DNA from: Azolla caroliniana
Lineage: Eukaryota > Plantae > Polypodiophyta
Direction of reading: 5' to 3'
DNA: 64,000 bases
NCBI GenBank assembly: GCA_043228905.1
Contig: JBHGNT010000001.1
Span: 13,144,001-13,208,000 of the forward strand
The notes under the pieces were generated by a model. That model saw only the letters and a program-made list of their open reading frames with translations, was not told where the DNA came from and made no database searches. A program made the translations under genes and the position numbers. Positions 50,701 through 61,600 of this stretch are shown here, piece by piece. The first letter of the stretch is position 1. Each line of letters starts with the position of its first letter.

Positions 50701-51461
50701 AAACAATAAACAAAAGCCATGTAACATTGTGAATTATACAAATACTAACGGCAGATCAGCTATTCAACCAAGGAAATTATTTCTACCTCCAATGCAAGGT
50801 TTTTATTTGAAACAATGTTGTTAGCCTCCTCTGGAGATAGCTGTTCCAACAAGCAACACAAAATATCCATCGACAAATTGTAACATGCAGAAAGTTTTAG
50901 ACAATACATAAATAATATAAAAATGACTAACATTATCCCAGAAGGTTGCTAACTCATGCCTTTGAGAAGCTGATTCCTCCTGCAAGTGGGTTAATGGTAA
51001 ACAAAAATCAATCAACTTCGGCAATTGAGAACCCTAAAGCTGATCAAAACAAAAGATTGAAAATATAAAGCAACCTTTTCACCATTCATAGGTCGACGAT
51101 GGATCATCCGAAGATGCCTTCGGTGATTCAAAGGCGAGCAAAAGTCTAAGCAGCATTTCTCACACTTAAACATTTGCACTTTCGAGAGGGGCATGAAAGG
51201 CCAACCCAGGAGGTTGGCTGACCAGCCATTGCTATCAAAGGTATTTGAATTGGGATGAGATGGAGAGTTATTCACGTGGCGGGAAGCACCCTTTAGACCC
51301 TTGCATCCGTCTTGTTGATCACATGTTGATTGAACCCAATGAATGGGATTTTCAGCTGGTTTTGTGAAAGCAAAAAACGGCTCCTTCAATATAGCCTTTC
51401 TGAATAGGCCTTCCCATGACTCACGATTCTCTTTTGACTTTAGGTTAGAACCAAGAGACAT
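47755..51461 (-). CDS. Host gene: C2H2-type zinc-finger protein, about 875 aa, resembling the plant 'C2H2-like zinc finger' family (AT4G25610-like, from memory)
   Basis: Ten GT-AG exons that keep frame: 51075-51461, 50932-50979, 50787-50840, 50592-50696, 50276-50479, 49873-49958, 48328-49775, 48087-48206, 47943-48004, 47755-47868 (2628 nt). Motifs GWPFMPLSKVQMFKCEKCCLDFCSPLNHRRHLRMIH, ELFKILDGSSEKTF, EAFRCQTALVEEEEA and LSQRWNEAV. Confidence 0.85.
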
Positions 51462-52703
51462 TTTACTGTGCCAAATCCCTGACCTCGTTCTGAAAATATC
51501 TTAATAACAGATTATAAGAGGAAATCATCAAAACCTATCACTCAAATTCTACAAAACAGAATGGATTTGTGATCTAGATGTCAATAAGGCTAACTGCATT
51601 CATAAATATGATGATAAAAGAGAAGGGTTTAAACTTTTGGAATCAATTTCTTGTTATGTTTGCAAACTGTAAATCTGAAATTACAAGTATGCAGAGATTG
51701 TAAACATCACATTAGAATATAGTTTTAGGCAAGTGAAGAAGTGAAGAAACATGTATCTTTTTGGGAAGACCATATTCTCTTGATCTAATTTGAATGCATC
51801 AAATAGGGAATCTTCAATTGTATTATACGAGTTAACACAGATACAAGGTTAATAGATTGACCATTCATTCACGTGTTTCCTTGAATTTCTAGAGGTAATT
51901 CATTTTACTTGATGCATCCTTACATACAATTCTCAAAATACTAACATATACCTAGTTTTACAGTCAATTTCTGTGATATCATAAAGAAAAATTGTCATTG
52001 AAGAAGCGGCGCAGCTTGCTTGTGAAGCTAACCGGCTGCCAACAGGACTTGTTCAAGCATATTAGAGAAGCATACAAAATATGTAATATACAAAACGGAT
52101 GCGACTGATGGAAATACTTCAGTTTCTTACTCAAGTAAATAGATTATTTTGTATTACCATAATCCTCAAGGCATATTTAAGCTTATTCAATTGACTTTCT
52201 AGAGGAATTCTCTTCAGGGAACACATTCTTACATAGCACAACTATGCTGGCCTTTGTCTCATGCATATAATGGCTTTCTTGGGGAAATTCATTTCAAGGA
52301 ACAACCTCCAAAGATTTCACATCCACAGAAACAGACATAAACTTGTTAGCCATTGATTTGTGTGTTTCAATTGACTTTCTAGAGTTGTTCCAGTTCAAGG
52401 AACGCATAGTTAGATAGAGTTCTCAAAGGATCACATCGAATCCTCGGGAGCTTACTAGATTGACCATTGATTCATGTGTTTGATTTGACCATCTAGAGGT
52501 AAAATAACTCAAGGAACAGAGCCTTACATAGAAAAAAACCCAGAGGGATTACATAGAGAGAGAAGCCAATACGAAAGTCATTCAGGAAGCGCGCTAAAGG
52601 TAATAGAGCAACAAACAGAAGCGAGAGAGCGGAGTTATATCAGGAAGCGTGCAAGAAGGTGAATGAACGGAGAGAAACAAACAGGGGAGAAAATGACCTT
52701 TAC

Positions 52704-52930
52704 CTGGAGTAGAAGAAGCTGCGCAGATAACTCTGTAGCTCTGCAGAGGAGAGGAGAGGAAGGGGAGGGGGGGATGATTTCTCGTGTTCTTTTGTGATAT
52801 GTACACAACATACATACATACATACATACACACAATATATATATATATATATATATCTAATGTCGATTCTTCACTTTCGCACTCTCTCATACACATCACA
52901 TACCTATGTATGTACATAAAATACATACAT
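52704..52930 (-). promoter_or_regulatory. Probable 5' UTR exon and proximal promoter of the zinc-finger gene (5' UTR intron about 51490-52703)
   Basis: Minus-strand donor CAG|GTAAAG at 52703 and acceptor TTTTCAG near 51490. CT-rich leader and (TA)n/(TACA)n tracts upstream. Confidence 0.5.
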
Positions 52931-54863
52931 ATGTATATGAATATCTAATGGTGGCCCTAAAAAGACTAAACCCCACCCCCACCCCACCCCTGCCTCTCTG
53001 CCTCAACACACACACACACACACACACACAAAAGTATCTTCCACCACACTTCCTCCTCTTGATATTTATTTCCAACTATCAATCCATGTATAGATCTCTT
53101 TCGCTACCCAATATGTCCTCCCTCCCCATGTTGACGTGCCATAACTCCCCATGTTGCTTCTCATGATGCTTTCGCCCGAACTGAGTCGCTCGATGGTCGA
53201 GCTACGAGATCGAATCAACACGTCTGTGATGATATCCTCGACTTCTAGGATTGCTCGGGTGGTGGGTAGGCCATTAAGCCCACCTTTCACACACCTCTAT
53301 TACACAAATATGTTTTCTCCTAAAACTTTTAGATGTTAGTACGAAATGTAGGGTTTGAATGCATGACCTCTGGTAGAGTTGGCGAAAGTGTTGGAACTAT
53401 GAGGATTATCTTCCGATTCAGCCTTGGAATGTATGTTGCTAGTCCATGTTGAGGTAATTGTGAAGGGAGAAAGAAAGTGATTGATTTAGATTTCATGGTA
53501 ACTTGGGAATTCGAGCAACATGGTCACCGAAACCCCTAACGAAAGGGTTAAGGGTTCGATACTTGCTAGAGACGACTAAAGGGAAAAAGACGAAGCCATC
53601 ATCATGGCTGAGAATGATGGTAGAACATGCGGTACAAACAATGGTTTCAGTCAAACTAGGCGCCCATTGAAGAAAAAAAGAAGAGTTGTGATGCCCACTT
53701 AAAATGCTTGGAGGCCGAAACACGAAACCTACAATTAGTGAGGATGACATGTGAGAGTGTTGTCATGATGTTGCTTGTGCAAAGGGAGAAAAGGGTTTTA
53801 ATATTGGTTTTTACAATCGGTCGGGATTCTAGTCAAATAGACAGAGCTAGCCATGGATGGAAAAGGATGAGTTCCAATGCATACTTCAACAAAAATGAAG
53901 CAAGCAATGAAACTTAACATGTCATTGAACATTTTGTAGCATAAGGTGCCCAAAAAGTTTGAATGCATGATAGAAGAAAAAGAAATGGTGCACGCTAAGA
54001 GAGGCACCACTATTTTTATCCAACAACTGAGCTTCGATATTAAGTTAAAGATGGATTTGTTGTTTTGGGAATTCAAATACCCAGCTTCGATATTAAATCA
54101 AACCATGGGGTAGCCGATTATGAGGACGAATGGGAGGCCTAGGACGACTGAGGCATTGGGGTTGTTGATCTTAGACTTGACAAGTTAAAACTTGGGGATT
54201 CCTCCCCCAAACATTCTTTTGATCTTAATTTTTCATCATCTTATTCTCTCTTCCCCCCTTTTGTAAAACCATTGTAAAAAACTAGTTTTGATCTTGATTT
54301 TTAGCCCACCAATAAGTGTAGCTTTTCCACACTAATATTGAGGTATACATATTTTCTTAATTATCAATTATCTGTTTATTTGCGACACCTATCAAGAAAT
54401 ATATGTTGATGTATGTCATGATCTTTCCCATTCGGAGTGATGTCTCCCAATCCCTCGGCTAGCCCACTATGACGAAAGAGACCCCTCAGGTCTCAATAGT
54501 GACCCTTGGAAGTGCAACACTCCAAAATATGATTGTATTGACTCTTTGAATGAAAATCAATAAAAATTTGATTTCATGGTGATGACAATGTCCATTGACA
54601 TATGCCTTTCATTGTTGTTGCAAATTAATGCAACTTTTATGAGCTCAAGTAACCATAAGTTTTACTCATGCAATGATTTGTTCTTGTCAAGTTGCTTCTT
54701 TACTTGGATTCAAGTCTTACGATCTAATACTCGATTGGTATAAGCACTTTTAACGTCAAACAACTACCAAAATAAGGTTCCTTGAATGCTCATCATGTTT
54801 GCCCATATTATTACAAATTGACGTTTTTGGTCCTAGTTCACTTTATTGTTATTGACAATTTAT

Positions 54864-54941
54864 TGTAAAGAAATGTGTGACGTAGGTGATGTTGTGCAAT
54901 GGAAGTGAACTGTGTGTGAGTACGTAAGACGCGCAGAGAGA

Positions 54942-54984
<43 letters not shown>

Positions 54985-55583
54985 GAACAAGAAGTTGTAT
55001 TAGCGAAAAATATAATTACATCCAATAGTAACTAAGTTACAAAAGGTTGGTTTAAATACCAACTAGGCTAGGGCGACTACCCTTTCAACTATTTATAAAA
55101 CTAGCCTAGCATGTCCATTTGCTAGTGTGAAAGCCATTTTATTGGGGAAGTTGAGTTCAATTCTCAACACACCCCTTTGAACACAACTTCCGAACGCCGA
55201 AAAGTTGGTTCGGTTCGGTCTTCGAAATACTTCGATTCAGTTGAATCGGCGTCGACTGTCGAGTTGATTCGAATGTTCGGCTTTGTTGATTGGATGGTCA
55301 GTCAAAACGGTTTCGACTATTCGATTGCTTTGTGCTCCTTGTTCGGCTCAATTGTCATCATCATACTTCGACTCCTCTAGCCGGCTTCGATCGATCGATC
55401 GACTATTGTTTGGCTTCCGCTACTATTGTACTCCTCCTAAAGCTCGGTAATGCAGCTATCGTGAGATCAAGGTCCGATGTAAATTTCCCGAGTTTGTTGA
55501 GTGCTAAGGCCTTAGTGAAGATGTCAACAACCTGAAGGTTCATGCTGATGTGATGTAGGTCGACATCTCCAGCATGAACACGC
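54864..55583 (-). mobile_element. 3' end of copia I (3' LTR 54864-55169 with (GA)n; RNase H end and tail 55170-55583), interrupted by J
   Basis: Minus strand reads RVHAGDVDL...VVDIFTKAL, then a degenerate PPT, then TGTTGAG...TTTACA. Confidence 0.8.
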
Positions 55584-58500
55584 TATCGTAGTGTAATTCG
55601 CACACTACATGAAAAATTACATTTTTGGTCTCTCTGGATAGGGCATGGAGTACCTGGTGAGAACCGGAAGAAGGAACCGGTAAGGACCGAAACCGGTAAG
55701 GAGACCCGGCAAGAGCTGGATGAAGAAGGCCGGTGAGAGTTGGTGAGAAACGGACGAAGAGATCGGTAAGGAGGTCCCGGTAAGAACCGGACAAAGAAAA
55801 CTAGCAAGCACTGGATGAAGCAGAACTGGAAAGAGCCGGATGAAGAAGGCCGGTGAGAGTCTCTCACCGGATGAAGAGACATATCTGTAAATAGAAGAAA
55901 GTATAAAAATATATATATTACATGCATAGGGCAAGATTCGAAACTTGCACCTCCATGTTAATAATGTTAAGCCTTATCATTATACTAGCGTATTATGAAT
56001 TTTAAAGTTATACTAAACTTTATCCCATGTAAAATTTCTAGACATGCATGGTACAAAAAGTTATTCATGCATAGACACTCGAGTTAAAAGAAAAGATGAG
56101 ATAGAAAGCTAATCATGCACATGCAGTGTGCATGAAAACTAAAGATAGGAAAAGCATGATGCTTGCATGTGATAAACTTAGACTCTTCCAACACTATATA
56201 AGGAAGAGAGAAAGATGTATAGAGGTTGTTGATTATTTTTACAAGGGTTGATTAATATAATATAATCGTGGGATCCACGAGTTTGCTAACTATTTTCCTC
56301 TCTTAATTTGAGTACTCACTAATACACTATACTCGTGGGATTCACAAGTTTTTCATATCTTTCTTTCTTACGATATATTTCATATTCTTAATTGCCTTAG
56401 AATTTTCTTTCCTCCTAGTCCAAAACCCCAACGGTTCCCACCCGACTCACGCAACGATCCGGAGCCGCAAGGCACGACACAAGTGGTGAACCCGATGTGA
56501 ACACGTGTGGCAAGGAGATGGAAAATCAACCGGAAGCTAACAACATGATGATGATGTTCGAGCGGATGCTTCAGGAACAATGTGCGATGTTGGAGATAGT
56601 GGCGGCAGTAGAGCGGCTCGTGCAACGGATCGGGCAATTCAACGGAAAGGACGTATCACGCTATCTTCGGGACTACAAGGCGGAAATGCTACGGTGCGGG
56701 ATTTCGGAAGGACTGCAAGTGGCATCCTTCAACCGGGTGGCTACCGACGGGCTTCAAGCAAGTATCCACGGGCTACGACAACAAAATCTGACGTGGGAAG
56801 TGTTTGAAGAGGCACTAAAGACCACGTTCGCTATCGAGGACTCCTCCAAGGCAACGCGGAGAGGATTCGAGGATTGGGTAGAAACGCCGGACAAGGGGAT
56901 GAAGGTCCTCGATGTGTTTTCGGCATTCGAAAGTCGGTTCGGGAGGTTGTCTGCGAGAGATCAAGCTATCCTCGCACCGGACAAAGTTATCATGTTCTTA
57001 CGAGCCGTAGACGTCCGGGACCAAAAGGATCTTGGAGTGCTTCTAGAGGACACGAATACCGAGAGTGGCCTCACGGAAACATGGGAAAGTGTGCGGGATA
57101 TCGTCGCGCGATACACAAAGAGGGGGCAATGGCTTGCCAACGAAGAAAAGAGGGTTTTGGAACCGATTCCGAAACCGAGATCCGGATCGGAAGACCATCA
57201 ACCGCGGGCTTGGGAAGCTACGATTGAGAAGGGAATCGACGCAACTACGGTGGAGCAGTTGCTGAAGGAGATGAGGAATCTAAAAATCGTGATGGTGAAG
57301 AAGTCGGATGACTGTCCCACAAGTTCCAAGTATATGGACCGTCGATGCATATGGTGCGATAACACCGAACATGATCGGAGGGATTGCGATGAGCACAAGG
57401 AAGCGCTACGACAGGATCTTATCTACTACGAGGGAAATCGGATTCATTCGATGGACTCTCGGAAGCCGCTCCGACCGAACTTCCGAAAAGGCGGCATGAA
57501 GATGGTCCTAGAGGAGGAAATAGCGGCGAAGAACAATTACGCGACAACCGCGGGAATACGTGTCGGGGAGTCATCGGGACCAAAGGTGTCTTTTTGGCCG
57601 GAAGTGCTAGAAAACACCGATAAAACCGACTCTAACGAGATCCGAAGCACCCCGGAAGGCATCCGGGAAGCTACGGGATGGGAGTGCCCCTTCGATAAGA
57701 ATAGTGTGTTTGCTTTATGCCAATTGCATGAAGTGTATGTAGATGAGAAGCGACGGCGCACGGATGAGGCGGCCGGTCCATCGAAGACACCGGAAAGCTG
57801 GAACTCCGGAGGTAAGGGAAAAGAAAAGATGATTCCGGCATTCAAGCTCGCCTCAGACATCGAACAACAAACGGACTTGAAAAAGGTGTTCGAGGAGAGA
57901 ATCCTCGATAGCCGGGTAGATTTTTCGCTTCGAGAATTACTTGGAATAACGAAGAAGGAGTTCCACGATCTTCTTGTGGATCTCGTGAAGAGAAAAAGGC
58001 AAAGTACGGAGGAGAACGCTCCAAGGGTGAATGCAAATACCGTTCTAATGAATGACACTGAATTGGAGAACGAAATACCGAATTCTCACTACACAAAGCC
58101 ACACTGGGCATGCGCAACTACGGAGACTCAGGTTCGAATCGGTAACATCAAAGAACCTGTGCTAGCATTGATTGATCACGGATTGGAGATCAACTTGATG
58201 TCCAAGGAATTCTACCGGAAGGGTAAGTGGCCTATTAACACGAATCATGGGTGGAAGATCCGGGCGGCCACTAAAGCAACGGAAGATCTATTTGCGGCTT
58301 GTCCGGATGTGACGGTGAAGATCGGGGATGTCGAGATCGACCAAAATTTCTTCATACAAGACGAGGTCTCACACTCCGTGATCCTCGGGCAACCTTTTAT
58401 CATGGCATCACGGATGGAGACGAAGGTGCTCGATAGCGGTGCGGCTTTTGCGCGAATTCGGAGCCAAAACGGAGGGAAATCCGTCCAATTCCTAACGATG

Positions 58501-58673
58501 CCGGCAAATCATGAAAGGAACAAGAGAGAGCTCTTGTCCCAAACAAGAATGGATTTTTAGAGCAGACTGTTGTGGAGTGGGGAAGTGATAGTTCGAGAAG
58601 CCCTGATACCCCACACAGGAAGAAACCTCACGGTGCAAAACAAGTACGAATCGGTTCGGATGGGGCATCCACG
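55584..58673 (+). mobile_element. Ty3/gypsy non-chromovirus-like element J (Phygy/Selgy/Ylt1-like guess): 5' LTR 55584-56479, tRNA-Trp PBS 56484-56501, interrupted by K; the rest lies outside the window
   Basis: LTR T(A)TCGT...CACGACA, PBS TGGTGAACCCGATGTGAA, gag-protease ORF. Confidence 0.85.
56518..58560 (+). CDS. Gag-protease polyprotein of J
   Basis: Open frame of about 680 aa. CCHC knuckle CIWCDNTEHDRRDC. Aspartic protease ALIDHGLEINLMS...VILGQPF. Ends in G GAT TTT TAG. Confidence 0.85.
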   Translation: MENQPEANNMMMMFERMLQEQCAMLEIVAAVERLVQRIGQFNGKDVSRYLRDYKAEMLRCGISEGLQVASFNRVATDGLQASIHGLRQQNLTWEVFEEALKTTFAIEDSSKATRRGFEDWVETPDKGMKVLDVFSAFESRFGRLSARDQAILAPDKVIMFLRAVDVRDQKDLGVLLEDTNTESGLTETWESVRDIVARYTKRGQWLANEEKRVLEPIPKPRSGSEDHQPRAWEATIEKGIDATTVEQLLKEMRNLKIVMVKKSDDCPTSSKYMDRRCIWCDNTEHDRRDCDEHKEALRQDLIYYEGNRIHSMDSRKPLRPNFRKGGMKMVLEEEIAAKNNYATTAGIRVGESSGPKVSFWPEVLENTDKTDSNEIRSTPEGIREATGWECPFDKNSVFALCQLHEVYVDEKRRRTDEAAGPSKTPESWNSGGKGKEKMIPAFKLASDIEQQTDLKKVFEERILDSRVDFSLRELLGITKKEFHDLLVDLVKRKRQSTEENAPRVNANTVLMNDTELENEIPNSHYTKPHWACATTETQVRIGNIKEPVLALIDHGLEINLMSKEFYRKGKWPINTNHGWKIRAATKATEDLFAACPDVTVKIGDVEIDQNFFIQDEVSHSVILGQPFIMASRMETKVLDSGAAFARIRSQNGGKSVQFLTMPANHERNKRELLSQTRMDF

Positions 58674-61600
58674 TGACAGGAACTACACGCTCCCGATGAA
58701 CAACGCTCGGCCACAACCGAGCCTAGAATAAAACACAGAAAACGGGAAATGAACACACGACACAAAGGAGAGAAGTGTACACAGGATGTTTACGTGGAAA
58801 ACCCAAACTCGAGAAAAACCATGGCAGCCCACGGACCGCAAACTATCACTATGTCAAAATGTACAATAAGAAAGCACCGAGGCCACGACCTCGAGCTTGC
58901 TATCTTCGCCACAGGCAGCGGTTACAATCAGAGGCAACGACCTCTTCCTCTCTCTCACTCTCTCTGTACATAGTTGCACGCTCTAATCTTGCGCCAACAA
59001 GAATGACTACAACCACTCAAAAAAGGGTTTGCCCTAAGTCATATTTATACTAATATGACTTTTCGGCTATTTACAAATATAGCCCCGATGGACTCTCAGA
59101 AACATATTTACAAATATGTCCCTTCATTCGGTGAGCACTTCTCACCGACCCTTCACCATCCGGCTCTTGCCGGGTACTCCTCATTCGGCGCTTGCCGGGT
59201 ACACCACATCCGGTTCTCACCGGGTCTTCACCATCCGGCTCTTGCCGGGTACTTGTCATCCGGTTCTCATCGGGTCTTCCGTTGCCGGGTACTTGTCATC
59301 CGGTTCTCACCGGGTCTTCCGTAGCCGGGTCTTCCACATCCGGTTTTGGCCTCGACCGAGTTTGCTCATCAGTACTGTTCTCCTCACTTCCCATCCGGAG
59401 GGACATGTTTCCTAACAAACTCCCCCTTCACACCGGCATGGGATGTCTTACTAGTCCGATCCGCTTCTGACATGCATCCAGCTTGTCGGGTACCAGTACA
59501 TTGGTCAGCATATCTGACCCATTCTCGGCTGTGTGAATCTTCATCAGCGCGAGCTCCTAGTCATCTACTCTTTCCCGGATCCAGTGATACCTTCGTTGGT
59601 TATGCTTCGTCCGGGAATGGTAGGCCGCATTCTTAGCAAGGTGGATGGCACTTTGATTGTCGCAATAGAGCCGGTATTCATCTTGGCGGATACCGAGCTC
59701 TCCGATGAAGTCCTTCATCCATAATATTTCCTTGCCGGCTTCCACAGCCGCCATGTAATCCGCCTCCGTGGTTGACAACGCAACCGTCTTCTGCAGCCTC
59801 GACTGCCACGAAACAGCTCCCCCTGCACATGTCATTACATACCCGGATGTGGACCGGCTGGTATCCACATCAGCCGACATGTCCAAATCGGTAAAACCGT
59901 CAAGTTGAGGTTTACCGGAGCCGAATCGTAGACACATATTCGAAGTGCCCTTCAAGTACCGGAGTATCCATTTGACCGCATTCCAGTGCTCCTTGCCCGG
60001 ATTGCTCATAAACCGGCTCACCACTCCGACTACGTAGCCTATATCCAGTTGGGTACACACCATTGCGTACATCAAGCTCCCGACGGTAGAGGCATATGGA
60101 ACCTTCATCATATCAGCCTTCTCTGCTTTCGTCTTCGGGCTTTGCTTATCGGATAATCTGCAGTTTGCCGGGAGTGTCAATCCGACTGGTTTTGCTTCTA
60201 ACATGTTCAACCGCTGAAGCACCTTTGTCACGTATTTCTCCTGTGACAGCCACAGTTGCTTCGTTGGCCGGTTCCGGATGATATGCATCCCCAGCATCTG
60301 TCTTGCTAGACCCAAGTCTTTCATTGAGAAGGTCCAGTTGAGAGCCTTCTTCAACATCCGTATTTTGGCTTGGTCCCGTCCGACGATCAACATGTCGTCC
60401 ACGTACAGAAGGAGTATCAGGAAGTCGCCTCCTTCGAACTTCTTCACACACACGCAGTGATCGGCCTGCGTCTTGTGGTACCCTTGATCGGTCATGAAGG
60501 AGTTGAACTTCCAGTACCATTGTCGGGGAGCTTGCTTCAGTCCGTACATGCTCTTCTTCAACCGGCAGACCAGGTTCTCCTTCCCTTTCTCCACGAATCC
60601 TTCCGGTTGCTGCATGTAGATCTCCTCTTCGAGGTCACCGTGAAGGAATGCCGTCTTCACGTCTAGCTGCTCTACCTCGAGGTCCATGCTTGACGCTATA
60701 CTCAGCACCGTAGGGATGGAGGTCATCTTTACTACCGAGGCAAATATCTCGTCGAAGTCCACACCCTTCTTCTGCTGGAACCCCTTCACCACGATCCTGG
60801 CTTTGTAACTCGGGGGGTTGCCGACATCTCCCGGTTTCAACTTGTACACCCACTTATTTCGGAGTGCTCGCTTTCCTTTCGGCAACTCCACCAATTCGTA
60901 CGTATGGTTCTCATGCAGGGAATCCATCTCATCCTGCATGGCACTTAACCATTTGCGGCTGTGGGTGTCATCCTTTGCTTCTTCGAAGCTTTCTGGCTCC
61001 CCCTCATCGGTTAGCAGCACATGCTCTGCATCCGGAAATCTCCAGGGGGCCCTTCTCTCTCTGAGAGGATATCTCCGTCTTTGGGCTTCGATAACCGGCC
61101 CCTCCATTCGCTCTTCATCCGAATCCAATTCGGGGTCTTGGCCGGTTCCGGTTTCAGCTTCCTCTACTTCTTCTTCTGCCGGTTCGGTATCCTCACCGTA
61201 ACCGATTGGTTCCTCGAGTGCTAACCGGTCTCTTGCCGGTTGGGTCTGCTCATCGTAGAATCGATCCTTACCGGTCGACTCGGAGTTCATTATCTTCTTC
61301 TTCGACTCCCAGTTGGCGAGCGTCTTGTCCTCCATGAAGATAATATCTCGACTCCGGAATACCTTCTTGTCGACCAGGTCCCACACTCGGTAGCCAAACT
61401 CATCGTCGCCGTAACCGAGGAATATGCATGGCCGGGTCTTCGGATCTAGTTTTCCTCTCCAGTCCTTAGCTACATGCACATACGCAAGACACCCGAATAC
61501 CTTCAGATGCCGGTAGGATACTTCCTTACCGGTCCATACTCTCTGTGGCGTGTCTCCGTCCAAGGGTACTGAGGGTGATTTGTTTATCACATATGTCGTC

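Noticed and set aside
53100-54860. Short ORFs and a possible old element upstream of the gene
   Set aside because: No domains, termini pair or TSD could be supported, apart from the weak LTR-like start at 53334.
54945-54981. (GA)n, (CT)n, (TA)n and (CA)n microsatellites here and in other LTRs
   Set aside because: Common simple repeats with no special signal.
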